From Myxococcota bacterium (GTDB lineage Bacteria; Myxococcota_A; SURF-8): a stretch of DNA of 64,000 nucleotides. Under the pieces are notes generated by a model. That model had not been told where the DNA came from and made no database searches. It saw only the letters and a list, made by a program, of their open reading frames with translations. A program made the position numbers and the translations under genes. The DNA lies in assembly GCA_965140415.1 (NCBI GenBank), contig OZ223209.1:5911758-5975757 (forward strand), written 5' to 3'. Below, piece by piece: positions 39,672 to 48,822 of this stretch (the stretch's first letter is position 1; each line of letters opens with the position of its first letter).

Positions 39672-40007
39672 ATGGAAGCGAGACCTAGAAATCTAGTTGT
39701 GTACCAAACCTCGGATGGAATCGAACCATTCACCCGCTGGTTTCAAGGTCTGAGAGACTATGCAGCCATCGCCCGAATCACCCATCGTCTCGATAGGCTG
39801 GAACTTGGAAACTGGGGTGACTGTAAGGCCGTTGGCGATGGCGTACAGGAACTGAGAATTCCCTACGGCCCCGGCTATCGGGTTTACCTGGCTCAGGACG
39901 GGGATACTTTGGTGATTCTGCTCTGTGGTGGGAACAAGAGCACCCAAAGCAAGGACATCAAGACCGCCAAAACATATTGGCGCGAATACAAGGAGCGGAC
40001 ATCATGA
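39672..40007 (+). CDS. Type II toxin, RelE/ParE superfamily (HI1419-like addiction module killer)
   Basis: RLELGNWGDCKAVGDGVQELRIPYGPGYRVY...ILLCGGNKSTQSKDI. Confidence 0.93.
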   Translation: MEARPRNLVVYQTSDGIEPFTRWFQGLRDYAAIARITHRLDRLELGNWGDCKAVGDGVQELRIPYGPGYRVYLAQDGDTLVILLCGGNKSTQSKDIKTAKTYWREYKERTS

Positions 40008-40333
40008 CAAACCGAAAATGGCGAGAGGTCGCCACCGAAAAAATGACCAACCCCAAAGCAGCGGCGGCGTATCTTAAAGTCGCTCTTGAGGAATATGAAC
40101 GGGATGGGGATGTCGCTGTTTTACTGATTGCCATTCGCACCGTCGTGGATGCAAAAGGAGGGATTGGAGCTTTGGCGAAAGCTACAGGCTTGAACAGACA
40201 GACTTTGTATCGAACCCTGGATGGTAAGCATAGTCCCCGTCTCGATACCCTGTCGGCCATCCTCAATTTCTGCGGTCTGTCCCTGAGTCTCAAACCGGCA
40301 AGTAAAGCCTCCGAAGTTCGCACGGGTATATAA
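40004..40333 (+). CDS. Antitoxin, HTH (HI1420-like addiction module antidote)
   Basis: ATGA overlap with the toxin; LAKATGLNRQTLYRTL...PRLDTL. Confidence 0.92.
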   Translation: MTNRKWREVATEKMTNPKAAAAYLKVALEEYERDGDVAVLLIAIRTVVDAKGGIGALAKATGLNRQTLYRTLDGKHSPRLDTLSAILNFCGLSLSLKPASKASEVRTGI

Positions 40334-40391
40334 GCCGTTCATTCCATGCCAACCATTCGCATTGTTAAGGGTCAGGGTTTGTGAGCAGGCG

Positions 40392-40422
40392 GTCGGGTCG
40401 TTTGACCCGACCTACCGGGCTA
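40392..40422. repeat. Family F REP-like hairpin
   Basis: gtcgggtc-gttt-gacccgac-ctaccgggcta; tail identical to 39531-39545. Confidence 0.8.
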
Positions 40423-42121
40423 TAGGATCGTCGCTTTCCGGTTTCTCATCTAGGTTAATCATCCCCGCTGGTTTGGGATCGAAATCTTCAGGGAAAATGG
40501 TATCAGAATCGTAGTAAGCTCCTGTGAGGTTAGCACCAGTAAAATCAGCTTCCATTGAATAGGGCCATGTAAGGTCCATGTCTCCCAGGTTGGTTGTTTT
40601 AAAATGAACTCCGCTTAAGTTAGCTTCCAAGAAAATGGCTCCCTTTAGTTTGGCCCCACCGAACAATGCTCCTTTGAGGTTGGCTTTAAAAAAATTGGCT
40701 TCTGTGAGATTGGCCCCCATGAGGTTTGCTCCCATGAGGTTAGCTTCCGCTAAATCTGCTGATGTAAGAATCGCCTTTCTTAAATGGGCTTTCCTGAGGT
40801 AGGCTTCTTCAAGATTAGCTCTATCGAGGTTGGCTTTATCAAGGATAGCTTCCTCAAGATTTGCTTCTATTAGCTCACTTATTTCAAGATTAGCTGATGT
40901 TAGATCAGCTTGCTTGAGGTTAACCCCACCAAGCTGAGCTCTCTTAAGGTTAGCACTAAAGAGCTCGGCTCCCTTAAGGTTGCCTGCCCTTATGTTGGCT
41001 TCCTGTAAGTTAGCCACCTTGAGCTGAGTTTCCTCAAGGTTGGCCTCCCAAAGCATTGCTCTACGCAGGTCAGTTGCATTGAGGTTGGCCCACTTGAGAT
41101 TAGCTCCTACAATGTAGGCTTCAGTGAGGTAGCCTCCTTTTAAGTTAATTCCTTCAAGATTGGCATCTGTTAGGTTAGTATACTCAAAGTGGGCATTCGA
41201 CGGAAAATCCGCATACCTTAAGTCGGTCTTATTTAGATCAATGCGTAAGTCCATGCGCAGAATATTCTTGTGTTCATATTTAAGATGACTTCGTCGTCCC
41301 AACACCGTCAAGGCCGCTTGAATATCAATAGCAGGTTTGCTTTTGCTTTTCTCCGTCATCTCCGGCTGTGAAGCTGCCACATCCGAATCTTCGGGTTTTT
41401 CTTGATCTCCTTCAACTATGGGTGCGTTTTGGCGGATAAAGGCCGCCAGTGTTTCAACGACCGTCCAATGAAAATCTTTGGATTCCTTGGCAAGGCGCTC
41501 CAGGGCGTAGATACCACCCAGACGGATGGCGATACTCGAATCACCGAGCATTGTTACCCCAGCCGCAAAGCGGTCGGTTTTCTGCGCATCTTCTTTGATC
41601 TTGATTTCGTTTTCTTCATGGGTAAGCTCTTCGTTTTTCTGATCGAGCTCATTGTCTTTTTGTTCCAAGGCTTTGCGCCGATCGCTGTCACGCCAATACC
41701 ACATCAGTAACAAGGTGGGGGCGGTTGCAAGACCGGTGATGAGCGTCCAGGGTCGGCTACTGATAAATTTCTCAAAATCCACAGGGGCAAACAAACAATA
41801 GTAGCAATCGAGACAGATAACCAGCAACAACCCCCATAGCACTGCGTAGCCGCTATAAATAGCTCGCAAGTTTTTTTTGTTCTTATCCCACATCCGTAAT
41901 GAACACAGAATTCCCGGCAAGAAGGGTGCAATCACTACAAGCTTCCAATATCTGGTACTAAAGAAATCGCTTAGCGTGGCATGTTCGTGAAACCAGTATC
42001 CTAAAAAGGCAGCTACAAACAGCGCTCCCAAAAAGAACAACAAGATTGTTACTTTGAAATACTTGTTTTTCGTTTCGGCTTCTTCCACGGCCTTTTCTCC
42101 CCATGTATGCAAACGATGCAA
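40412..42121 (-). CDS. Membrane-anchored pentapeptide-repeat protein
   Basis: About 4 N-terminal TM helices, AIRLGGIYALERLA and DIQAALTVLGRR motifs, long run of A(N/D)Lxx repeats; lower GC than flanks; start uncertain. Confidence 0.9.
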   Translation of the reverse strand: MHRLHTWGEKAVEEAETKNKYFKVTILLFFLGALFVAAFLGYWFHEHATLSDFFSTRYWKLVVIAPFLPGILCSLRMWDKNKKNLRAIYSGYAVLWGLLLVICLDCYYCLFAPVDFEKFISSRPWTLITGLATAPTLLLMWYWRDSDRRKALEQKDNELDQKNEELTHEENEIKIKEDAQKTDRFAAGVTMLGDSSIAIRLGGIYALERLAKESKDFHWTVVETLAAFIRQNAPIVEGDQEKPEDSDVAASQPEMTEKSKSKPAIDIQAALTVLGRRSHLKYEHKNILRMDLRIDLNKTDLRYADFPSNAHFEYTNLTDANLEGINLKGGYLTEAYIVGANLKWANLNATDLRRAMLWEANLEETQLKVANLQEANIRAGNLKGAELFSANLKRAQLGGVNLKQADLTSANLEISELIEANLEEAILDKANLDRANLEEAYLRKAHLRKAILTSADLAEANLMGANLMGANLTEANFFKANLKGALFGGAKLKGAIFLEANLSGVHFKTTNLGDMDLTWPYSMEADFTGANLTGAYYDSDTIFPEDFDPKPAGMINLDEKPESDDPIAR

Positions 42122-42195
42122 AAATCCTACACAATCTCCACTGTGGCGTCAAGAATCGTGTTGGGTTAGCCGGGTAAGGGTCGGAACAAACCTAT

Positions 42196-42281
42196 GGGTG
42201 GCGCGGGCCAAGCAAAGTAAAACGAAGCTTGCCCGTGTTCGAGATCCACATGGGCAAGCTATCGCTTAGCCCCTGCCACCC
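42196..42281. repeat. Family A palindromic repeat
   Basis: gggtggcgcgggc...ttgcccgtgttcgag..ccacatgggcaag...gccaccc; matches 14766-14850. Confidence 0.85.
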
Positions 42282-42486
42282 TGCCAAAAATGTGAAGCCA
42301 ACCGACAATTTCTAAAACCCCAACCCCATCATCTCCCGCCCCACAACATTTCTTCTAAAAAAATCACATAGAATGGAATAGTTGCGCGTATAGATTTGTT
42401 GCAAAGGCCAGTGGGTGTATGGTAGACGTTACCACTTCGAACAGACAAGGGTCCGTTTGGCGTCGATATGGGATCAGGAGGCTTGA

Positions 42487-43515
42487 ATGTATAATGAAAT
42501 CGAGATCTTGAACGAAAAAATCAAGCAGGAATCCTCCTTTGTGGGAAACCTGATGGCGAGCATCGGCAAGCGCATCGTCGGGCAGGCCGACATGGTCGAA
42601 AAGATCCTCATCGGCATCCTGGCAGACGGCCACGTGCTGCTCGAAGGCGTTCCGGGTCTGGCGAAAACCATGACCGTCAATGCCGTGGCGCAAGCTATCA
42701 GCGCGAAATTCCAACGGATTCAGTTCACTCCCGATCTGCTGCCCGCCGACTTGATCGGAACCATGATCTACAATCAGCACGACGGCCAATTCACTCCCAA
42801 GCTAGGCCCGGTGATGACCAATATCGTGCTGGCCGACGAAATCAACCGTTCGCCCGCCAAGGTGCAGTCGGCCTTATTGGAAGCCATGCAGGAAAAGCAG
42901 GTGACCATCGGCGATAAAACCTACCCGCTGCCCAAGCCCTTTTTCGTATTGGCCACCCAGAATCCCATCGAGCAGGAAGGCACCTATCCGCTGCCTGAAG
43001 CCCAGGTGGATCGTTTCATGCTGAAAGTCAAGGTGGGTTATCCTTCGCGCGAGGAAGAGCGCAGCATCATGGATCTCAATACCGGCGTCGCCATGGACGA
43101 CATCGAGCCGGTGGTTTCCATCGAGCAGATCATGAAAGCCCGCGAAGTCATTCGCGAAATCTATATGGATGACACCGTCAAGAACTACATTGTGGACATC
43201 GTTTTCGCTACCCGCAAGCCGGGTCTGGGCGAGGGCATGACCGAAGAAGAACGCCGCAAGCGCTTTAACGGTCCTCCCAAGCTGTTCGATTATCTGGAAT
43301 ACGGCGCGTCGCCACGAGCGACGATCAACCTGAATCTGGCCAGTCGAGCGCGCGCTTTTCTGAAGCAGCGCGGCTACGTCACCAGCGACGACGTCAAGGC
43401 GGTCGCCTACGATGTGTTGCGGCATCGTTTGATCAGCACCTACGAAGCCGAGGCGGAAGAGTTGAATTCCGACGATCTGGTGCGCATGGTACTGGAATTC
43501 GTACAGGCTCCTTAA
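42487..43515 (+). CDS. moxR: MoxR-family AAA+ ATPase
   Basis: LLEGVPGLAKT, RIQFTPDLLPAD, LADEINR, ATQNPIEQEGTYPLPEAQVDRF. Confidence 0.96.
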   Translation: MYNEIEILNEKIKQESSFVGNLMASIGKRIVGQADMVEKILIGILADGHVLLEGVPGLAKTMTVNAVAQAISAKFQRIQFTPDLLPADLIGTMIYNQHDGQFTPKLGPVMTNIVLADEINRSPAKVQSALLEAMQEKQVTIGDKTYPLPKPFFVLATQNPIEQEGTYPLPEAQVDRFMLKVKVGYPSREEERSIMDLNTGVAMDDIEPVVSIEQIMKAREVIREIYMDDTVKNYIVDIVFATRKPGLGEGMTEEERRKRFNGPPKLFDYLEYGASPRATINLNLASRARAFLKQRGYVTSDDVKAVAYDVLRHRLISTYEAEAEELNSDDLVRMVLEFVQAP

Positions 43516-43530
43516 AAAAGGAGAAGATCG

Positions 43531-44430
43531 GTGTCCGATTCCATTACACAAGAAGAACAACGGCGTAAACGCGCCGCCAAACTGCGCGCCATCGAAATTA
43601 CGACCAATCGCGTCGTCAACGATACGCTGGCCGGGCAATACCATAGTGTTTTCAAGGGCCACGGCATCGAGTTCGATCAGGTGCGGCAATACGATCCCGG
43701 CGACGACGTGCGCGCCATCGATTGGAACGTAACGGCGCGTTCTCACGAAGTTTACGTTCGCCAGTATCACGAAGAACGCGAGTTGACTGTCATGCTGATG
43801 GTCGATTGCTCCGCCTCGGGTTTATTCGGAACGCGCGATCAGATGAAAGTCGAGCTGGCCGCCGAATTATCGGCGCTTTTGGCATTTTCCGCGATTCGCA
43901 ACAACGATAAAGTCGGCTTGATCCTGTTCACCGACCGCGTCGAAAAGATCATCTTGCCAAAAAAAGGACGCAAGCATGTGCTGCGCGTCGTCAACGATAT
44001 TCTGTCTCATCAGCCGCAAGGCAAAGGCACGGATATCAGCGAAGCGTTGACGTATTTGTCTCGCTTGAAGATTCGTCGCTCGGTGGTTTTTCTGATTTCC
44101 GATTTTCTGGCGAGCGACTTCGAAGACGGCCTGCGCATCGTAGGACGCAAGCACGATTTGGTCGGTTTGTGGGTGGGCGATCGCGCTGAAAGCGCATTGC
44201 CGAAATTGGGCCTGGTTCCGATGCAGGACCCCGAAAGCGGGCGCATCGACTGGGTGGATACCGGCGACGCGGCGGTTAGACGAGAATTCAAGCAGAGTTA
44301 CGATGCGTTCCAGGAAGAATTGGATCGCCGTTTCAAGCGGCATAAAATCGAACTGGTGCGCGTGCAGTGCGGCGAGGATTACACGCCGAAGCTGGTTGCG
44401 TTCTTCCGTCGGCGCGCAAAAAAGGCCTAG
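43531..44430 (+). CDS. DUF58 domain protein
   Basis: GIEFDQVRQYDPGDDVRAIDWNVTAR, VDCSAS, LISDF. Confidence 0.93.
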   Translation: MSDSITQEEQRRKRAAKLRAIEITTNRVVNDTLAGQYHSVFKGHGIEFDQVRQYDPGDDVRAIDWNVTARSHEVYVRQYHEERELTVMLMVDCSASGLFGTRDQMKVELAAELSALLAFSAIRNNDKVGLILFTDRVEKIILPKKGRKHVLRVVNDILSHQPQGKGTDISEALTYLSRLKIRRSVVFLISDFLASDFEDGLRIVGRKHDLVGLWVGDRAESALPKLGLVPMQDPESGRIDWVDTGDAAVRREFKQSYDAFQEELDRRFKRHKIELVRVQCGEDYTPKLVAFFRRRAKKA

Positions 44431-44632
44431 TTGCAAATTAAGGTCTTTTAGTGGTTATTTTGTGTTTTTTAACGGTCGTTTACGGTCCGGCGGCAAATCG
44501 GAACTGTGCATGTCCGGACGCAAGTGCGTTTTTTGGGCAGTTTACTGTAGAAACAGTGTGCAGATACCGGTCGTTTACGGTTCGCAAAAATTTTGTCCGG
44601 CAGCAAGTGTAACAAGGTTTTGAATCGACATC

Positions 44633-45919
44633 ATGAATGAGTTCGCGAAACACAATCGAAAACGGGTTTTCAAGCGACCCAGGCGAACGAGCGCCATTGC
44701 AATCAGGTTGATTCTGTTTGTAACTACCTTGATGTTACTGGCTTTCTCCGTTTCCGCGCAAACCGCGCCGCCTGCGCCGACGCCGGATCCCATTGCACAG
44801 CCGCAGAAAAAAGAGCAGGTCGAGCTGCCCATCGACATGAAAACCCAGCTTCGCGCCGATGAAATTTATCCCGGCGACGAAATCGATTTAACCGTGACTT
44901 TTTCTTCCGAAAAACCTTTCGCCGCCGACGTGCTCGGCAGTTTGCCGCTTGGAAAATTCGATTTGAAAACTCGCGACACCGAGCGCGAGCAGGTAGACGA
45001 TCGCTACATCGTGCGGCATCATTTCAAACTGCTGCGCTTCGAGCCGGGTGTGTATGAAATTCCGCGCATTCTCTTCAGCCTGACACAGAACGGCGAGCAG
45101 CAGGAACGCAAAAGCGATCTGGTCCGCGTGACGGTGAAGTCACTGCTGGAAGAAGAAGCGATGAAAATCGCCCAGCAGCAGGCCAAGAATCAGAAAGCAG
45201 CCACACCCGCCGGGCAGGCGCCCTCTCCGGGAAACGCCAAGATCGTCGATCCCAATCAGCAGCAGCCGGTCGGACCGACCTTCAATATGCCCAATGCCGG
45301 AAACGGAAAACTGCCTCCCACCGCTCAACCGCAAGGTCCGATGGGCGCGCCCGGAAACGGCGGACAGGCTCCGCAGCAACAGCAGATCAAATTAGGTCCG
45401 CGCGATATCAAAGGCGTGTTGCCGGTGATCCACGAAGATTACAGCCTGTTGTACGTGCTGGGTGGCCTGCTTGGTTTGATTCTGCTGGCGGTGGCGGTTT
45501 GGCTGTACCTGCGTTTCCGCAAACCAAAGGAAATCGAGGTCGCGCCTGTGATCGTGGATACGCGCCCGGCGCATGAAATCGCGCTGGAACGGCTTTCGGA
45601 TCTGCAAGCGCGTCAACTGGTGGCGAAACGGCAGCTTAAAGATTATCACCTGGAATTGTCCGAGATCCTGCGCGGCTACTTTGAGCGTCGCTACAACATT
45701 CAGGATGCCTTGTCGATGACCAGCGAGGAAATCGGCGACACGCTGGCCAAGCTGTATATGCGCGATCTGTCCGAAGAGGTCGTTCGCGAATTGCTGCAAA
45801 ACTGCGATCTGGTGTTGTTCGCCAAGGACGAACCGAGCGACGAGCGCTGTCATGAAAGGTTGGAGACGGCGCGCACGATCGTCACCCGCACCAAGGAGGT
45901 GACACATGGAATTCAATAA
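44633..45919 (+). CDS. Bat-operon accessory membrane protein (BatD-like Ig domain, Pro/Gln linker, TM, helical C-domain)
   Basis: Signal peptide, RDIK..TM..PAHEIALERL, LRGYFE, ALSMTSEEI, CDLVLFAK; start uncertain. Confidence 0.75.
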   Translation: MNEFAKHNRKRVFKRPRRTSAIAIRLILFVTTLMLLAFSVSAQTAPPAPTPDPIAQPQKKEQVELPIDMKTQLRADEIYPGDEIDLTVTFSSEKPFAADVLGSLPLGKFDLKTRDTEREQVDDRYIVRHHFKLLRFEPGVYEIPRILFSLTQNGEQQERKSDLVRVTVKSLLEEEAMKIAQQQAKNQKAATPAGQAPSPGNAKIVDPNQQQPVGPTFNMPNAGNGKLPPTAQPQGPMGAPGNGGQAPQQQQIKLGPRDIKGVLPVIHEDYSLLYVLGGLLGLILLAVAVWLYLRFRKPKEIEVAPVIVDTRPAHEIALERLSDLQARQLVAKRQLKDYHLELSEILRGYFERRYNIQDALSMTSEEIGDTLAKLYMRDLSEEVVRELLQNCDLVLFAKDEPSDERCHERLETARTIVTRTKEVTHGIQ

Positions 45920-46910
45920 TCCATGGGTGCTGGTGGGAATCGTCGCGATTGCGCTGCCCTGGCTCGTACTGCAATTCTGGCGCGAACGTGCGCGCACCGC
46001 CGCGCTGCCGTATCCGGCGCTACCGGGACGCAAACTGCCCGCCTCGATTAAAAGCCGTTTGCGCTGGCTGCCGGACGTACTACGCTTTTTCGTATTCGTG
46101 CTGCTTTTCGGCGCATTGGCCGGGCCGCGCGTTCCCACCGACGAAATCCCGATGTACAAAGAAGGCATCGACATCGTGGTGGCCATGGATATTTCGACTT
46201 CGATGAAAGCGCTGGATTTCGAGCCTTCCGACCGCTTCAGCGTGGCCAAGCAGACCATCGCCGATTTCATCAAGGGTCGCAAAAACGACCGCTTGGGCCT
46301 GGTGGTTTTTGCCGGTGAAGCCTATACCCAGTGCCCCTTGACTTTGGATTACGCGGTGCTGTTGAACGTCTTGGACACAGTGCGTATGGACGTTATCGAA
46401 GACGGCACCGCTATCGGCGACGCTTTAGCCACCGCCGTGAACCGCCTGCGGGAGTCGCAGGCGAAAAGCAAGGTGGTCGTACTGTTGACCGACGGCGCGA
46501 ATAATCGCGGTCAAATCGATCCGGAGAAAGCGGCGCAACTGGCGAGCGAGTTCGGAATTCGCATTCACACCATTCAAATCGGAACCGGCGGCACGGTGCC
46601 GTATCCGACGCAGACCCGCGATTTCTTTACGGGGCGCGTGGTGCAGACGGTGCAGCGCGCGCAGATTCCGGTCAACCCCGAACTGCTGCGCTCGATTGCC
46701 GATACGACGAAAGGGCGCTTTTTCGAAGCCGCCAATTCCGAAAGTTTGAAGCGCGTGTTCGAGGATATCGACAGCATGGAGCGCACCGAACTGCCCGGCG
46801 AGCAGTTCGTGATGTACGACGAAATTTACAGTTCCTTCGCCTTTCCGGCGTTATTGTTGTTGATGCTGGAATGGCTGGTACGTTTGTTCTGGATTCGAAA
46901 GTTCCCGTAA
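45906..46910 (+). CDS. batA: VWA-domain protein BatA
   Basis: MIDAS DISTSM, DRLGLVVFAG, GTAIGDAL, LLTDG; operon position. Confidence 0.9.
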   Translation: MEFNNPWVLVGIVAIALPWLVLQFWRERARTAALPYPALPGRKLPASIKSRLRWLPDVLRFFVFVLLFGALAGPRVPTDEIPMYKEGIDIVVAMDISTSMKALDFEPSDRFSVAKQTIADFIKGRKNDRLGLVVFAGEAYTQCPLTLDYAVLLNVLDTVRMDVIEDGTAIGDALATAVNRLRESQAKSKVVVLLTDGANNRGQIDPEKAAQLASEFGIRIHTIQIGTGGTVPYPTQTRDFFTGRVVQTVQRAQIPVNPELLRSIADTTKGRFFEAANSESLKRVFEDIDSMERTELPGEQFVMYDEIYSSFAFPALLLLMLEWLVRLFWIRKFP

Positions 46911-46926
46911 GGGAAAGGAGCGTGCA

Positions 46927-47952
46927 ATGCGGTTCGCCGCTCTGCATTACACAGTATTGTTTTTAAGCCTGCCGCTACTGGCCTTGTTCTTCTGGCTGGC
47001 GCGTCGACGTACGCTCGCTCTGTTGCGTGCGCTGGCGGATCGCCATCTGGCCGAGCAGTTGACACAGCAGGTCAGCGACCGCAAAGCTATTTTGCGCGGC
47101 GCTCTGCTGTTCGTGGCGATGTTCCTGATCGTCGCCGCACTGGTTCGCCCACAGATGGGTGGCCGCTCCACCCTGGTCAAACGCGAAGGCATCGACCTGC
47201 TGTTTGCGCTGGATGTCAGTAAAAGCATGCTGGTGCAGGATATCCGCCCCAGCCGTTTAAAACGCGCTTCTTTGGAACTGGAACTGCTGTTGGAGCAGCT
47301 TTCCGGCGACCGCGTGGGTATCGTCAGTTTTGCGGGCGCGTCCTTCGTGCAGTGCCCCTTGACCAGCGACTATGCGGCGGCGCGCATGTTCTTGAAATCG
47401 CTCGCACCCGAACAGATGCCGGTACAGGGTACCGCCATCGGCGACGCCTTGCAGCAATCGTTAAAGGTGCTTAGCGGCGAGAAGACCGACGCAGGCGCGC
47501 GATTGATCGTATTGATGACGGACGGCGAGGATCACGGCGAAGATCTGGATGCGGCGTTGACTGCATTGGATGAAGCCAAGGTGCCGGTGTTCGTCGTCGG
47601 TATCGGATCTCCCTCTGGCGAGCCGATTCCGCAGTTCAACCAAGACGGCTCAATGGCAGGCTACCTGCGCGACAAGGCGGGTAAGACGGTCATGAGTCGC
47701 CTGGACGAACGGCTATTGCGCAAGATCGCGGATAAAACCGGCGGACGCTACATCAACTTGCAGGCGGGCGGTACGCTGGAAGAACTGCGGGAGTACGTCA
47801 AGCGCATGCAGAAACAAGAGTTCGAGTCCTCGCTGTATACGCAGTACGACGAGCTATATCCTTACTTATTGTGGCCTGCTTTGTTGTTGCTCTTGATCGC
47901 CGCCTTCATCGACGAACGCCGGGGCAGCCGGTGGCTGGGGGTGCGCTCATGA
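46927..47952 (+). CDS. batB: VWA-domain protein BatB
   Basis: DVSKSM..QDIRPSRL, CPLTSD, GTAIG, TDGEDH. Confidence 0.9.
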   Translation: MRFAALHYTVLFLSLPLLALFFWLARRRTLALLRALADRHLAEQLTQQVSDRKAILRGALLFVAMFLIVAALVRPQMGGRSTLVKREGIDLLFALDVSKSMLVQDIRPSRLKRASLELELLLEQLSGDRVGIVSFAGASFVQCPLTSDYAAARMFLKSLAPEQMPVQGTAIGDALQQSLKVLSGEKTDAGARLIVLMTDGEDHGEDLDAALTALDEAKVPVFVVGIGSPSGEPIPQFNQDGSMAGYLRDKAGKTVMSRLDERLLRKIADKTGGRYINLQAGGTLEELREYVKRMQKQEFESSLYTQYDELYPYLLWPALLLLLIAAFIDERRGSRWLGVRS

Positions 47953-48815
47953 AAACCGCACTGTTGAAAATCGGTTTCGTTTGGGGCATCTTCGTGCTGC
48001 TGTGCGGGTTCTCGTTGTTCGAATACGAAGACGAGGACATTCAAGAAGGCAACGACGCCTACCACAACCAGGAATACCCGGATGCGTTAAAGGCCTACGA
48101 CCGCGCTGTCAAACGCCTCGACGCGCATCCCGAGCCGCATTTCGATCGCGGCAACGCGCTGTACAAGCAGCAGAAATTCGGAGAGGCCATCGACGCCTAT
48201 CTGAAAGCGCTCTCCGGCGCGGACGAGTCCATGAAGGCGCGAGTCTATTACAACATGGGCAATGCGCTGATGAATCAGGGCAAACTGACCGAAGCCATCG
48301 ACAGCTACAAACGTTCGCTGCGACTGAATCCCGGCGACCGCGACGCCATTTACAACCTGGAACTGGCACTGCGGATTCAAGAGGAACAGAAGAAAAAGCA
48401 GCAGGAACAGCAAAAGCAGGATGGCGAACAGAACCAGGACGGCCAGCAGGAGCAGCAGCAGGATCAACAGCAGCAGGACGGCGAACAGAATCAGGACGAG
48501 CAGCAGGATCAACAGCAGGATCAGCAACAACAGGACGGCGAGCAGAAACAGGACGAACAGCAAAAGCAACAGGATCAGCAGCAACAGGGCGATCAGCAAC
48601 AGCAGGGCGAGCAGCAGCAACAGCAGCAACAACAGGCCCAGCAGGATCAACAACAACCCGCCGAAGGCGAACAGCAGCAGATGCAGGCCGTGCCGATGGA
48701 AAAATCGGAAGCCGAAAAACTGCTGGATAAAATGCAGGAAGATGAAAAGGGTTTGCAGATGCAGCTCTTTATGTTAGATCAAGGCCAGCCGAGAAAGATG
48801 GACGAGGAATGGTAA
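47949..48815 (+). CDS. batC: TPR protein BatC with Gln-rich linker
   Basis: TPRs (YYNMGNA, YNLELA), long Q/D/E tract, AEKLLD..E, terminal W. Confidence 0.88.
   Translation: MKTALLKIGFVWGIFVLLCGFSLFEYEDEDIQEGNDAYHNQEYPDALKAYDRAVKRLDAHPEPHFDRGNALYKQQKFGEAIDAYLKALSGADESMKARVYYNMGNALMNQGKLTEAIDSYKRSLRLNPGDRDAIYNLELALRIQEEQKKKQQEQQKQDGEQNQDGQQEQQQDQQQQDGEQNQDEQQDQQQDQQQQDGEQKQDEQQKQQDQQQQGDQQQQGEQQQQQQQQAQQDQQQPAEGEQQQMQAVPMEKSEAEKLLDKMQEDEKGLQMQLFMLDQGQPRKMDEEW
48395..48680 (+). repeat. Coding low-complexity tandem repeats (QQQDGEQ.QD)
   Basis: Repeated cag/caa/gat codons inside batC. Confidence 0.85.
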
Positions 48816-48822
48816 AAGGCCG

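Noticed and set aside
48087-48656. Poly-Leu membrane-like ORF
   Set aside because: Reverse complement of the batC poly-Gln tract
48395-48680. Possible CRISPR-like periodicity
   Set aside because: In-frame coding repeats with no unique spacers and no cas genes
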